A stretch of DNA of 64,000 nt from Candidatus Saccharimonadota bacterium (GTDB taxonomy: Bacteria; Patescibacteriota; Saccharimonadia; UBA4664). The notes below the pieces were generated by a model. That model had not been told where the DNA came from, did no database searches, and was given only the letters and a program-made list of their open reading frames with translations. The position numbers and the translations under genes are program-made. Location of the stretch: assembly GCA_019352195.1 (NCBI GenBank), contig JACAFG010000002.1, positions 103,820 to 167,819 of the forward strand, read 5' to 3'. This document shows, one piece after another, positions 1 to 9,118 of the stretch (positions are counted from its first letter, which is position 1; each line of letters starts with the position of its first letter).

Positions 1-627
1 CGTCAGGACCCGAACGTAATTCTGGTTGGAGAAATTCGCGACAAAGAAACCGCCGATCTGGCGGTCCAGTCGGCCCTGACGGGGCACGTGGTGCTTTCTA
101 CGATTCACACTAACTCAGCAGCCGGTGTGTTGCCGCGGTTGTTAGACATGGGCATTGAGCCGTTTCTCATTGGATCTACCATTAACACGGTCATTGGTCA
201 GCGCTTGGTACGCAAACTGTGCGAGAAATGCAAAGAGCCGTATCAAACCACTGATAGTGAGACCAAGTCGATTGTGGATACGTTGGGGAAAGTTTTACCC
301 AAATCGAAAGGTGATTTGGCTACCGTTAAGGAAGATGTAGGTTACGAAGTCTTACCCCTCGTCGACGACAAGACCTTTACTGCCTACAAAGCTAAGGGCT
401 GCAACGCCTGCGGGGGATTGGGGTACCAGGGTCGTATTGGTATTTACGAAGTGTTCTCGATGACGCCGGCCATGGAGAAGCTTCTGCTAGCTCACGCGAC
501 CACATCGGAAGTGCAAAACCAAGCTCAGGGTGACGGAATGCTGACTATGAAGCAGGATGGTTATTTTAAGGCGCTGAACGGCCTAACAACCTTGCAAGAA
601 GTAGCCCGAGTTGCTGCCGACTTCTAG
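1..627 (+). CDS. pilB: Type IV pilus assembly ATPase PilB/GspE, C-terminal part (5' end outside window)
   Basis: Frame open from base 1: [14 protein letters not shown]...[12 protein letters not shown], plus Zn-binding CEKC...CNAC and GRIGIYE motifs. Confidence 0.92.
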   Translation, partial: RQDPNVILVGEIRDKETADLAVQSALTGHVVLSTIHTNSAAGVLPRLLDMGIEPFLIGSTINTVIGQRLVRKLCEKCKEPYQTTDSETKSIVDTLGKVLPKSKGDLATVKEDVGYEVLPLVDDKTFTAYKAKGCNACGGLGYQGRIGIYEVFSMTPAMEKLLLAHATTSEVQNQAQGDGMLTMKQDGYFKALNGLTTLQEVARVAADF

Positions 628-726
628 ATAAACGCAGAGTGCTGCTTCGCTTGAAGCGAAAATAATGAAATCGCGTGACAAGGCCATACCCCTTGTGCTT
701 TAATAAGTACAATTGTGAGGTGATGA

Positions 727-1806
727 GTGGACGCAACCAAGACCGCGGGACCAAAAATTGAACTATTGCTCGAGCAAGTAACACGCTTAAACGCCTCTGA
801 CTTGCACCTTCAGGTCGGTTTGCCGCCAATGCTGCGCATAGATGGCAGTCTTAAGGCGGTCGAGGATGTCGCACTTTTGGACGCGGCCGATGTTGAGAAG
901 CTTATCTTTAGTATTCTTGATGATGATCAAAAAGAAATTTTGCTGAAAGACAAAGAAGTCGACTTTTCGTTTGCTTTTGGTACGTATGGCCGCTTCCGCG
1001 TAAACGCTTTCCATGAACGAGGCAATCTGGCCGCCGCTTTGCGACTCATTCCGTCACAAATCCGTACCCTCGAAGATCTTGAAATGCCCAAAATTTTGGG
1101 TGATTTTGCTCGTTTTCCACGTGGGTTAGTGCTGGTTACCGGTCCGACCGGCTCTGGTAAATCTACCACGCTGGCGGCTATGGTGGACCGCATTAACACC
1201 GAGCGCGCCTGCCACATTTTGACGATTGAAGACCCGATTGAATACGCGCACCACTCCAAAAAGAGCATTGTGGTGCAGCGTGAAATTCACTACGACACTT
1301 ACTCGTTTGCGGCGGCCCTACGCTCAAGTTTGCGACAAGACCCTGATGTTGTGCTTATTGGTGAGATGCGCGACCTGGAGACCATTTCGGCGGCCGTTAC
1401 CATCGCTGAAACGGGCCACTTGGTACTCGCTACGCTGCACACCAACAGTGCGGCACAATCTATTGACCGTATGATTGATGTTTTCCCGCCCCACCAGCAA
1501 CAGCAAATTCGCATTCAGCTGGCCGGCATGTTGCAGGGGGTTGTGAGCCAACGGTTGGTGCCAAGTATTGGCGGTGGCCGCGTAGTTGCTGCCGAAATTT
1601 TGGTGGCTACGGGCGCCGTCCGTAACATTATTCGTGAGGGTAAAACTCACCAGCTGGATGCCGTGATTCAAACGGGCGCTGATATGGGCATGACCAGCAT
1701 GGACCGTGTGTTGGTCCAGTTAATTCAGGCAGGAAAAATTACGTATGATGAAGCCAAGAACTTTGCGTTAGATTTGACCGAGCTTGATCGGCTCATGAGA
1801 GGATGA
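727..1806 (+). CDS. pilT: Type IV pilus retraction ATPase PilT
   Basis: ASDLHL, Walker A GPTGSGKST, TIEDPIE, LRQDPDV, AVRNIIREGK. Confidence 0.95.
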   Translation: MDATKTAGPKIELLLEQVTRLNASDLHLQVGLPPMLRIDGSLKAVEDVALLDAADVEKLIFSILDDDQKEILLKDKEVDFSFAFGTYGRFRVNAFHERGNLAAALRLIPSQIRTLEDLEMPKILGDFARFPRGLVLVTGPTGSGKSTTLAAMVDRINTERACHILTIEDPIEYAHHSKKSIVVQREIHYDTYSFAAALRSSLRQDPDVVLIGEMRDLETISAAVTIAETGHLVLATLHTNSAAQSIDRMIDVFPPHQQQQIRIQLAGMLQGVVSQRLVPSIGGGRVVAAEILVATGAVRNIIREGKTHQLDAVIQTGADMGMTSMDRVLVQLIQAGKITYDEAKNFALDLTELDRLMRG

Positions 1807-1810
1807 CGCA

Positions 1811-3037
1811 GTGTTAACGTTTACTTATACTGCGCACCAAACCGAATCAGGCGCTATTGTAAAAGCCGAGGTACAGGCCGAGAGCGAGCGCGCGGCTGCC
1901 AAATTGTTGGTGAGCCAGGGATTGTTCCCTATTGATATTGAGATCAAGGGTTCTGACGACATCATGGCTAAGCTGGGTCTGGGGGAGCGGATCCCAGGCA
2001 AAGACCGCGTTATCTTTACGCGTCAGCTGTCGACGCTTATCAACGCTGGTTTGCCGCTTACCGAGAGCCTGCGTACGGCTCAAGAGCAGGTTAACTCGAA
2101 GCCGTTGCAAACGGTGGTGGCGCAAATTGTAACGAGCGTTGAAAGTGGTGTGAGTATGTCGGCCGCGTTTGCCGAACATCCCAAGGTGTTTAACCAAATT
2201 TATATTTCCCTTGTGGCCGCTGGTGAAGCTTCGGGCTCGCTCGACAAGGCTTTAGAGCGCATCGCCAATCAGCAAGAAAAAGACGCAGCCATTGCCAGCA
2301 AACTGCGGGGCGCCCTTATTTATCCGGTTATCGTATTGGGCGTTATTTTTGCCGTGTTGGTTTTTATGCTTACGAGCGTGTTGCCGCAAATCGCCGGTTT
2401 GTACCAAGACCTTAAGCAACCACTACCGTGGTATACCCAGATCATGGTGAACGTATCGAATGCCATCATGCACTACTGGTGGGCCATGGTGCTTGTGGCA
2501 GCAGTGGTGTTCTTTTTGACGCGTTCATGGGCGAGAACCGACAGTGGGCGTTCTAATCTTGATGCGATCAAGCTAAAGTTGCCTATTTTTGGCAATATTT
2601 ATGCCAAAGTGTACATGGCACGGTTTTCCCGAACGCTTGGGACCATGATCATGAGCGGCATCCCTATGCTCGAAGGTTTGCGTATCGTGCGTGATTCGAT
2701 TGGTAACATGCATGTGGCGGCGGTCGTAGATGAGGCGATAATGGGTGTAAAAGGCGGCAAAGCGTTATCATCGATGCTTGAGAATAAGCCTAATTTCCTC
2801 AAACTGGTACCGCAGATGATTAAGATTGGTGAGCGCTCAGGTGCAATCGATGGCATGCTCGATCGCGTCGCTTTGTATTACGAGGGTGAAGTGGACGAAG
2901 AAGTAGCTAATATTTCTACTACTATGGAGCCTTTGCTCATGGTAGTGCTGGGGGTAGTGGTGGGCGGTGTTATCGCGGGTATCTTGTTGCCAGTTTATGG
3001 CCTGGTTGGTAGCGGTGGTATTAACAACCTCAACTAG
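1811..3037 (+). CDS. pilC: Type IV pilus platform protein PilC/GspF
   Basis: FTRQLSTLINAGLPL, GEASGSL, GERSG and MEP motifs; two T2SSF-like repeats. Confidence 0.93.
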   Translation: MLTFTYTAHQTESGAIVKAEVQAESERAAAKLLVSQGLFPIDIEIKGSDDIMAKLGLGERIPGKDRVIFTRQLSTLINAGLPLTESLRTAQEQVNSKPLQTVVAQIVTSVESGVSMSAAFAEHPKVFNQIYISLVAAGEASGSLDKALERIANQQEKDAAIASKLRGALIYPVIVLGVIFAVLVFMLTSVLPQIAGLYQDLKQPLPWYTQIMVNVSNAIMHYWWAMVLVAAVVFFLTRSWARTDSGRSNLDAIKLKLPIFGNIYAKVYMARFSRTLGTMIMSGIPMLEGLRIVRDSIGNMHVAAVVDEAIMGVKGGKALSSMLENKPNFLKLVPQMIKIGERSGAIDGMLDRVALYYEGEVDEEVANISTTMEPLLMVVLGVVVGGVIAGILLPVYGLVGSGGINNLN

Positions 3038-3155
3038 GTTGGCTGACCCGAACTAAAAAAAGTAACCAAAAGCGGTTTGACATTTTGCCTCGTGAGAGGC
3101 AGTATAGAGCCAAGTCGTATTATCGACCATGTATTAAAGAAAGGTTTGATAGCAG

Positions 3156-3581
3156 GTGAGCAATCTCCTTAAGAAAGAGAAGGGTTTTACCCTTATCGAA
3201 GTTGTCCTTGTTCTTGCCATCGCGGGTTTGCTCCTCGTGATCGTTTTCTTGGCCTTGCAGGGTGCTCAGCGTAGCCGACGGGACACTCAGCGCAAGAATG
3301 ACGCTTCACGTATGCTGGCCTCGGTTGAGTCGTGTGCGAGTAACGCTAACGGTGTTTACACCGCTTGTGTTACCTCGAACCCGCTCGTTACGGCTACTGC
3401 CCCTAACACGCCCTACTTCGCTCCCAACACGGGCCCAAGTGGATCAACGTACTCGGTTGGCGCAACAGCTAACCTGACCACCTTTGTGGTTACGCCCAAC
3501 GGTCTTTGCGGTACGGTCTCGCACCCGGTTACGGTTCAAATTGGCCAAGAAGCTGGCGCAACCTACTGCATAGGTAACTAG
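3156..3581 (+). CDS. Type IV pilin, probably the major pilin
   Basis: G|FTLIEV class III signal, hydrophobic helix, RRDTQRKND, C-terminal Cys; own promoter and terminator. Confidence 0.88.
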   Translation: MSNLLKKEKGFTLIEVVLVLAIAGLLLVIVFLALQGAQRSRRDTQRKNDASRMLASVESCASNANGVYTACVTSNPLVTATAPNTPYFAPNTGPSGSTYSVGATANLTTFVVTPNGLCGTVSHPVTVQIGQEAGATYCIGN

Positions 3582-3600
3582 CTCTCACCGGTCTGAAAAT

Positions 3601-3628
3601 GAAAAGGAGGCCTCCGGGCCTCTTTTTC
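3601..3628 (+). terminator. Intrinsic terminator after pilin
   Basis: gaaaaggaggcc-tccg-ggcctctttttc hairpin with T tract. Confidence 0.75.
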
Positions 3629-3642
3629 GTTATACTACGGTT

Positions 3643-4431
3643 ATGCTTTTAACGATTTATCTTGGGTTCGTTGGTTTAGTCATTGGTTCGGCTATAAATG
3701 CCATCGTGTGGCGACTCTATGTCGGTCGCAAATGGAGCAAGGGCCGCAGTATGTGTCCGGAATGCAAACATGTATTGGCGCCCAAGGACCTTATTCCTAT
3801 CGTCAGTTGGCTCACTTTAGGTGGAAAGTGTCGTTATTGCCGCGCGCCCATCAAAGACAGTCCCATTGTCGAAGCCATTACCGCGGTGTTGTTTGCATTG
3901 TCGATGTATGTGCTGGCGCCAGTCACTCCGATTGGTTACATAGTGCTCGGATTGTGGCTGCTGCTTCTAACCTTGCTGATTATTCTGGCCGTCTACGACA
4001 AACGGTGGATGTTATTGCCGGATAAAATCATGCTGCCGGCGATTGGCGTGGCAGGAGTTTTGGTTCTGGTGCGAGCTCTCAGCGTACACTCGTGGCTGGC
4101 AGCGCGCGGGCCGCTGTTGGCTGCCTTACTATTTGGCGGCATGTTCTTTGCCATTGTTGCCATCTCTAAGGGACGGGCCATGGGTGGGGGAGACATTAAG
4201 TTTGTTTTTCTCATGGGACTGGTGCTGGGCTTGCGCGGTACGCTACTCGGTCTGCTGATTGCTTTTGATGTGGCGGCTGTTGTTGCGGTAGCTTTAATTG
4301 TGCTCAAACGCCGTGGCAGGAGGGATCAAATAGCTTTTGGGCCGTTTTTGGCAGGAGCCACAGTCGCCACCTATTTATACGGTGCACATGTCATACATTG
4401 GTATTTAACTTACAACGGGCTTGCCAACTAA
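3643..4431 (+). CDS. pilD: Prepilin peptidase PilD
   Basis: RSMCPEC...GKCRYC, MGGGDIK, IAFGPFL; multiple TM segments. Confidence 0.95.
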   Translation: MLLTIYLGFVGLVIGSAINAIVWRLYVGRKWSKGRSMCPECKHVLAPKDLIPIVSWLTLGGKCRYCRAPIKDSPIVEAITAVLFALSMYVLAPVTPIGYIVLGLWLLLLTLLIILAVYDKRWMLLPDKIMLPAIGVAGVLVLVRALSVHSWLAARGPLLAALLFGGMFFAIVAISKGRAMGGGDIKFVFLMGLVLGLRGTLLGLLIAFDVAAVVAVALIVLKRRGRRDQIAFGPFLAGATVATYLYGAHVIHWYLTYNGLAN

Positions 4432-4461
4432 CTTCGCGCTTGTGATATAGTCAAAGTACTT

Positions 4462-5127
4462 ATGGTAAAGAATGAGGCCGGTTTCACTCTAGTCGAAGTC
4501 ACGATAGGCCTTGCTATCACGGGAGGCCTTCTCGTGATAGCTCTTACTGGTCAGCGTCAGCTGCGTAATCACAACACGTTTACGGCGGCCACTGATCAAG
4601 TAATCCAAAGCTTGGCTTCGGCGCGCAACGATGCAGTAAGCGGTGTTATCCCCTCAACCACGGTTTGTGGTGGCCAAACGGTTGGATCAGGAAATATCAC
4701 GTTTGGCGGTACGGTTTGGCGCGGCGGAATAGCTAGTGGTGTCACGCAGTTTAATGTTCAAACCGTTGTCATTGCCCGTAACCGTACTGTCTGCTCAACG
4801 GAGCCTGGTTTTTCGATGCAAAGCACACATCCGGTGCCACTGGTAACTCAGCTCACGTCGCTCAACAGTGGGCTGCTCCATAATACGCCTGACGTAACGG
4901 GCGCGCAGGTAATTTTTCTGCGCAGCCCTACGAGCGGCGGTTTCTCGGTCTGTTTGGTGCCCTACAGCATGCCTTCGACGGCTACATCGGTAGTTTTTTC
5001 TAGTGGTAATTGTCCTTCAACAGGCGGGTTTGCGGCACTAGCGACTGAGAACGTTGTGGTGCGTGATCCTAACGGCCAGATCTTAACCATTAAAGTCGAC
5101 GGCACAACCGGATTGGCTACGCGTTAA
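4462..5127 (+). CDS. Minor pilin (FimT/FimU-like position)
   Basis: G|FTLVEV N-terminus. Confidence 0.8.
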   Translation: MVKNEAGFTLVEVTIGLAITGGLLVIALTGQRQLRNHNTFTAATDQVIQSLASARNDAVSGVIPSTTVCGGQTVGSGNITFGGTVWRGGIASGVTQFNVQTVVIARNRTVCSTEPGFSMQSTHPVPLVTQLTSLNSGLLHNTPDVTGAQVIFLRSPTSGGFSVCLVPYSMPSTATSVVFSSGNCPSTGGFAALATENVVVRDPNGQILTIKVDGTTGLATR

Positions 5128-5145
5128 AAGTGGAATGGTATAATT

Positions 5146-5721
5146 ATGATAGTTATGCTTAAAACTCTCCGTAGCTTTTTTTGCAGTGAGCGTGGCGACA
5201 CCTTGGTTGAGGTGACATTTGCTTTGGGAATTATGGCGACCGTGCTGATATCGGCGACGCTCGTTGGGGTACGTGCACTCAACTTAGGGCGATCGGCTCG
5301 AGAACGAGTTCAGCTCGTAAACGTGGCGACAGCCCAGGCAGAAGCCTTGCGAAGTTTCCGCGATAATACGCTTTGGAATCAGTTTGTTGCGGGCGGAACA
5401 GTTGGGGCGCTGCATTTCACCGGTGTGACTAATACGCTGGGCTCGAGCTGCAGACTACCGTCACTTGCCGGCCAGTCGTGCTATCACATTGCGGTTCAGA
5501 GTGGCCTGTTTGTACCGGTGAGCGGCTCAGTGACGGGCGGCGTTAGCGGTATACCGGGTGGCGCGTTCATCGAGATTCCGCTCTCGTCAGCTAGTTCGTG
5601 TTCGAGCGTGATGGGGGTTCACTACGGCGTTCCATCGGTTGGAGCTGGTCCCTGGCAGGAGGGGGTTATCATCGTTAAACTCGTGAATCTTAATTACACG
5701 GGAGTGGCCAGCGCATGCTAA
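5146..5721 (+). CDS. Minor pilin (PilV-like position)
   Basis: RG|DTLVEV pilin-like N-terminus; QAEALRS. Confidence 0.75.
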   Translation: MIVMLKTLRSFFCSERGDTLVEVTFALGIMATVLISATLVGVRALNLGRSARERVQLVNVATAQAEALRSFRDNTLWNQFVAGGTVGALHFTGVTNTLGSSCRLPSLAGQSCYHIAVQSGLFVPVSGSVTGGVSGIPGGAFIEIPLSSASSCSSVMGVHYGVPSVGAGPWQEGVIIVKLVNLNYTGVASAC

Positions 5722-6278
5722 AACAACGTGAGGCTGGTTTTACCCTCATTGAATTGCTCATGGCAATGGCTATTTTTAGTTTTATGCTCACCATCATTAT
5801 TACGGGCTTTGTGAATGTGGTTGGTCTGCATAATCAATCGGTGGCTGCTAATGTGGTTCAGGATAACGCTCAAACTATTATTGCTACCATGACACGTGAG
5901 ATCCGCGAAGGCACCGGCCTCGTGCTGCCGTCGACGGCCCAGCCCAATCCAGGCTATATCTGTATGAATGACGGGACCGTGCGTTACTACGTCGTCGGAA
6001 CGACGCTTGTGAAAGCGGTGGCTTTACCGCCAAATTGCGCCAAGCCATCTTCACCTATAGCGTTATCCTCGTCGACGGTTCACGTAGCGTCTTTTGTGCC
6101 TACCTTTGAAGCGGGCGGACTGCATCCGACCATTGGTATGCAACTCGAGGTCACCACGCCAACAGGTACGGTTGGCTCAGGCATAGCGACTCAATGCCTT
6201 AACAAATCAGCGGCTCACTTTACTTGTGCTACGGTGGTCGTAAACAGCGCTGCGTCGCCGAGAGGAGAATCACAATGA
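5715..6278 (+). CDS. Minor pilin (PilW-like)
   Basis: G|FTLIELLMAMAIF; MTREIRE. Confidence 0.8.
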   Translation: MLKQREAGFTLIELLMAMAIFSFMLTIIITGFVNVVGLHNQSVAANVVQDNAQTIIATMTREIREGTGLVLPSTAQPNPGYICMNDGTVRYYVVGTTLVKAVALPPNCAKPSSPIALSSSTVHVASFVPTFEAGGLHPTIGMQLEVTTPTGTVGSGIATQCLNKSAAHFTCATVVVNSAASPRGESQ

Positions 6279-7381
6279 TGCCCACTATTAATCGACGTGA
6301 AGACGGCTTTGTTTCGTTAATTACAGCTATTCTTATCTGTTTATTGTTGCTCACTATTACAACGAGCCTCATTGCCGTGCAAACACTGACCTTACGCCAG
6401 GCCGAAAATACCGAGGAGAGCCAAAAAGCGTATTATGCTGCTGAGAGCGGGGCAGAAGACGCTATCGCGAAGGTTAATACCGGCGCTATCGTGGCCGGAT
6501 CTAACCAGTCCTGTAGTAGTCCAAATGCCGTTAATACCAACCTCGATCCAAGTGCTTCGGGGCAGGTGGGCTGGACCTGCCAAGCGGTAACTTTCTCGGG
6601 TTCACCATCGGGTAAGCTCATTACGCCTGACGCTGCCATTACGGTAGATCCTTATAACCCGGCGACGTCTAGCAGTATTTCAAAAATGGTTTTGCGCTGG
6701 GATCAGTCGTCGGGCGCGCATATTACTCCCAGCTATCTAGCGTCACGCACATGGGCGTCCTATCCTTCAAGCACTGGCTATGGCCAGCATGCGATGCCGC
6801 TAGAGCTCACGGTGGTAGACTATCCAACCGGATCATTTGCCGCGGCTGCCATCAAAACGCAGAATTTACTGATACTACCTAGTTACAATGCTGGCGGCAA
6901 CGCGACATACTCGGTAGCCGGTGGTGTGTGCGCTGCTGGTGCCACATGCGGGGTTGATGGACGTAACCCATTTCATGCCGATTGTACGACGGCCGGTACG
7001 GCAGATGCGTCCGGAAATTCCACCACCAATTATCACTGTGAAATTACGATCAGCAGTCTCACGCCGTCACATAATTACTTATTTCGCATTCGTAGCCTCT
7101 ATTTGGCCGATGGCGACTTCGGCTTTAGCGGGAGCGGCCAGTTTGTGATGAACTTTTATAATTCGGCTGGCACGCTGCTGGCTCCGCCCAACCAAGTTGC
7201 TACCATAGATGTGACTGGTAAAGCGGGTACCGTATATCGCCGAGTTATCTACAAACAGCCAGTGGGCCCTGAGGCACAATCAAACCTCAATTACACGCTG
7301 TTTGCGGATGGCAACTTGTGCAAAGATTACACCGTCGTGGGCGGGGTTAGGCCCGGCGGTGCTGATCCGTGCGCCCCATAA
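6275..7381 (+). CDS. PilX-like minor pilin
   Basis: G|FVSL without Glu5; SQKAYYAAESGAEDA PilX-N motif; ATG at 6275 with AGGAG SD. Confidence 0.78.
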   Translation: MMPTINRREDGFVSLITAILICLLLLTITTSLIAVQTLTLRQAENTEESQKAYYAAESGAEDAIAKVNTGAIVAGSNQSCSSPNAVNTNLDPSASGQVGWTCQAVTFSGSPSGKLITPDAAITVDPYNPATSSSISKMVLRWDQSSGAHITPSYLASRTWASYPSSTGYGQHAMPLELTVVDYPTGSFAAAAIKTQNLLILPSYNAGGNATYSVAGGVCAAGATCGVDGRNPFHADCTTAGTADASGNSTTNYHCEITISSLTPSHNYLFRIRSLYLADGDFGFSGSGQFVMNFYNSAGTLLAPPNQVATIDVTGKAGTVYRRVIYKQPVGPEAQSNLNYTLFADGNLCKDYTVVGGVRPGGADPCAP

Positions 7382-7417
7382 GACAGTTGGATTTAGATCA
7401 ATGCAATCGCCGGCGCT

Positions 7418-8341
7418 TTAAGCGCCGGCGATGTCTTGGTGGTGGAAGCGGTCGTGAACGCTTTTGAGCTGCGGATCGGTAATGTGGGTATAAATTTGAG
7501 TGGTAGCAATGTTGGCGTGGCCCAACAGCCCTTGGACACTACGGATATCAGCGCCGTTTTGGAGTAGATCGGTGGCAAAGCTGTGGCGTAGGGTGTGCGG
7601 CGTCACGTCTTTGGTAATGCCAGCTAGTCCAGCAAATCGCTTGACCAGACGTTGTACGCTGCGCACGGTGAGGCGGGTGTACATGCCGTCATCTAAGCTA
7701 TTCTGCGACCCTGAATAATGAATGAATAAAGGTAAATAATTATCCTTTCGGGTGTCCATGTAGAGCCCGATCCAATTGGCGGCTTGGGGGCTAATAAAGA
7801 CTGGCCGATCTTTTTGACCTTTGCCCCTGACCATAAACTCGCGCCGCTCCAGATTGATGTGACTACGGTCGACGCTGACCAGTTCACTGACGCGTAGGCC
7901 GCCCGAAAACAAGAGTTCGATGATGGCACGGTCGCGCAGTCCAACGGCGTTTGAAGTGTCGATGGCAGCGAGTAGCCGTTCGACCTCGTCGGCATCTAAG
8001 AAGGTTACCTGCGGCCGGACTGTTTTCGCAAGCTCAATTTTGGCTGAGTCGAGCGCTTTAATGTCGCGTTTGGCAAGATATTTGAGAAATGAGCGTAAGG
8101 CAATGAGGTGGTAGTTTTGCGTAGCTTTGCTAAGTTCGTCGCCGCGATCGTCCTTAAAGCGGTTGAGGTGCAATCGGTATTGTCGAACCATTTCGTTGTC
8201 TACCTTACTAATGTCGCAATCGTCGCAAAACTCCACAAAGCGCATGAGGTAATGATTGTAGTTACTAATCGTCTTCTGGCTACGATTCTGTTCGATCTCC
8301 AGGTGCTCTAAGTAGTCGGTAACGAGGCTTGATAGTTCCAT
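7418..8341 (-). CDS. Tyrosine recombinase XerC/XerD family
   Basis: Catalytic R (GLRVSE), K (GKGQK), HTLRH, GH and Y (TQIYTH); N-terminal SAM-like domain. Confidence 0.92.
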   Translation of the reverse strand: MELSSLVTDYLEHLEIEQNRSQKTISNYNHYLMRFVEFCDDCDISKVDNEMVRQYRLHLNRFKDDRGDELSKATQNYHLIALRSFLKYLAKRDIKALDSAKIELAKTVRPQVTFLDADEVERLLAAIDTSNAVGLRDRAIIELLFSGGLRVSELVSVDRSHINLERREFMVRGKGQKDRPVFISPQAANWIGLYMDTRKDNYLPLFIHYSGSQNSLDDGMYTRLTVRSVQRLVKRFAGLAGITKDVTPHTLRHSFATDLLQNGADIRSVQGLLGHANIATTQIYTHITDPQLKSVHDRFHHQDIAGA

Positions 8342-8591
8342 AGCTATATCTTAGCACTTATGGTTACAGAGGGGACTGTGTCGCACAATTATATGTGGAT
8401 ACTAATGGTATCGCTCTACGCGTGATAGACACTGGTTAATTCCCGCTTTGGTATTGGTTAAATTACACTGGTTATGGACCCCGTGGCTTATATAAGTTCT
8501 TAAAAGAAGTAGGGGAAGCGACATAACGGCAAGATGCGAAACGCCCCCGGCGGCCAATGAGGCTACTGGGGGCGGCGCGAGCGGTGGGGTT

Positions 8592-8960
8592 CTAGGTGGC
8601 GGTGGAGGCGGAGCGGGCGTCGACCACGGTCTGACCGGCGCGGACCAGGCGGCCGTGGACCTCGAAGGTGAGGGGGGAGGCAATGGTGGCGCGGAGGCGG
8701 GTGCGGATGTCAGCGATGAGATCCGGCCACTGGTCGGCGCGATTGGTGCAGCTGTCCGTGATGGTGATGACGATACTGTATGTCTGTCGCTGGGGGAGCC
8801 GGCCGGCGTCGGTGAACCGGATGAGAAGCGTGTCGGGCCTGAGCGCGGCCACGATTTCCCGCTCGATGCTAGTGCGCAGCGTTTCGAGGTTGCTGTGAAA
8901 CTCTGCCACGGCCTCGATCGGACGATCGGTGACATCGTGTGAGACGAGAACTAAACACAT
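8592..8960 (-). CDS. Hypothetical protein
   Basis: AAGGAG SD, predicted promoter TTGATT/TATTGT and GC-rich terminator downstream. Confidence 0.65.
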   Translation of the reverse strand: MCLVLVSHDVTDRPIEAVAEFHSNLETLRTSIEREIVAALRPDTLLIRFTDAGRLPQRQTYSIVITITDSCTNRADQWPDLIADIRTRLRATIASPLTFEVHGRLVRAGQTVVDARSASTAT

Positions 8961-9118
8961 GGGGTCTCCTTGAACGTGGGTCGGGGGAAGTACAAGGTAC
9001 GCGTAACAATATCATAGTGCTCAGCTTAATCAAGAGATTATTAACGAACCGACCGCCCAAAACGACTACTGGAAGCCAGTCTTGACCAAGCTTATCTGTT
9101 AAATGATACACTAGCGGT

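Noticed and set aside
7418-8960. Integron (tyrosine recombinase plus ORFan cassettes)
   Set aside because: The recombinase lacks the IntI-specific insertion and looks like housekeeping Xer. No RYYYAAC...GTTRRRY attC array was found.
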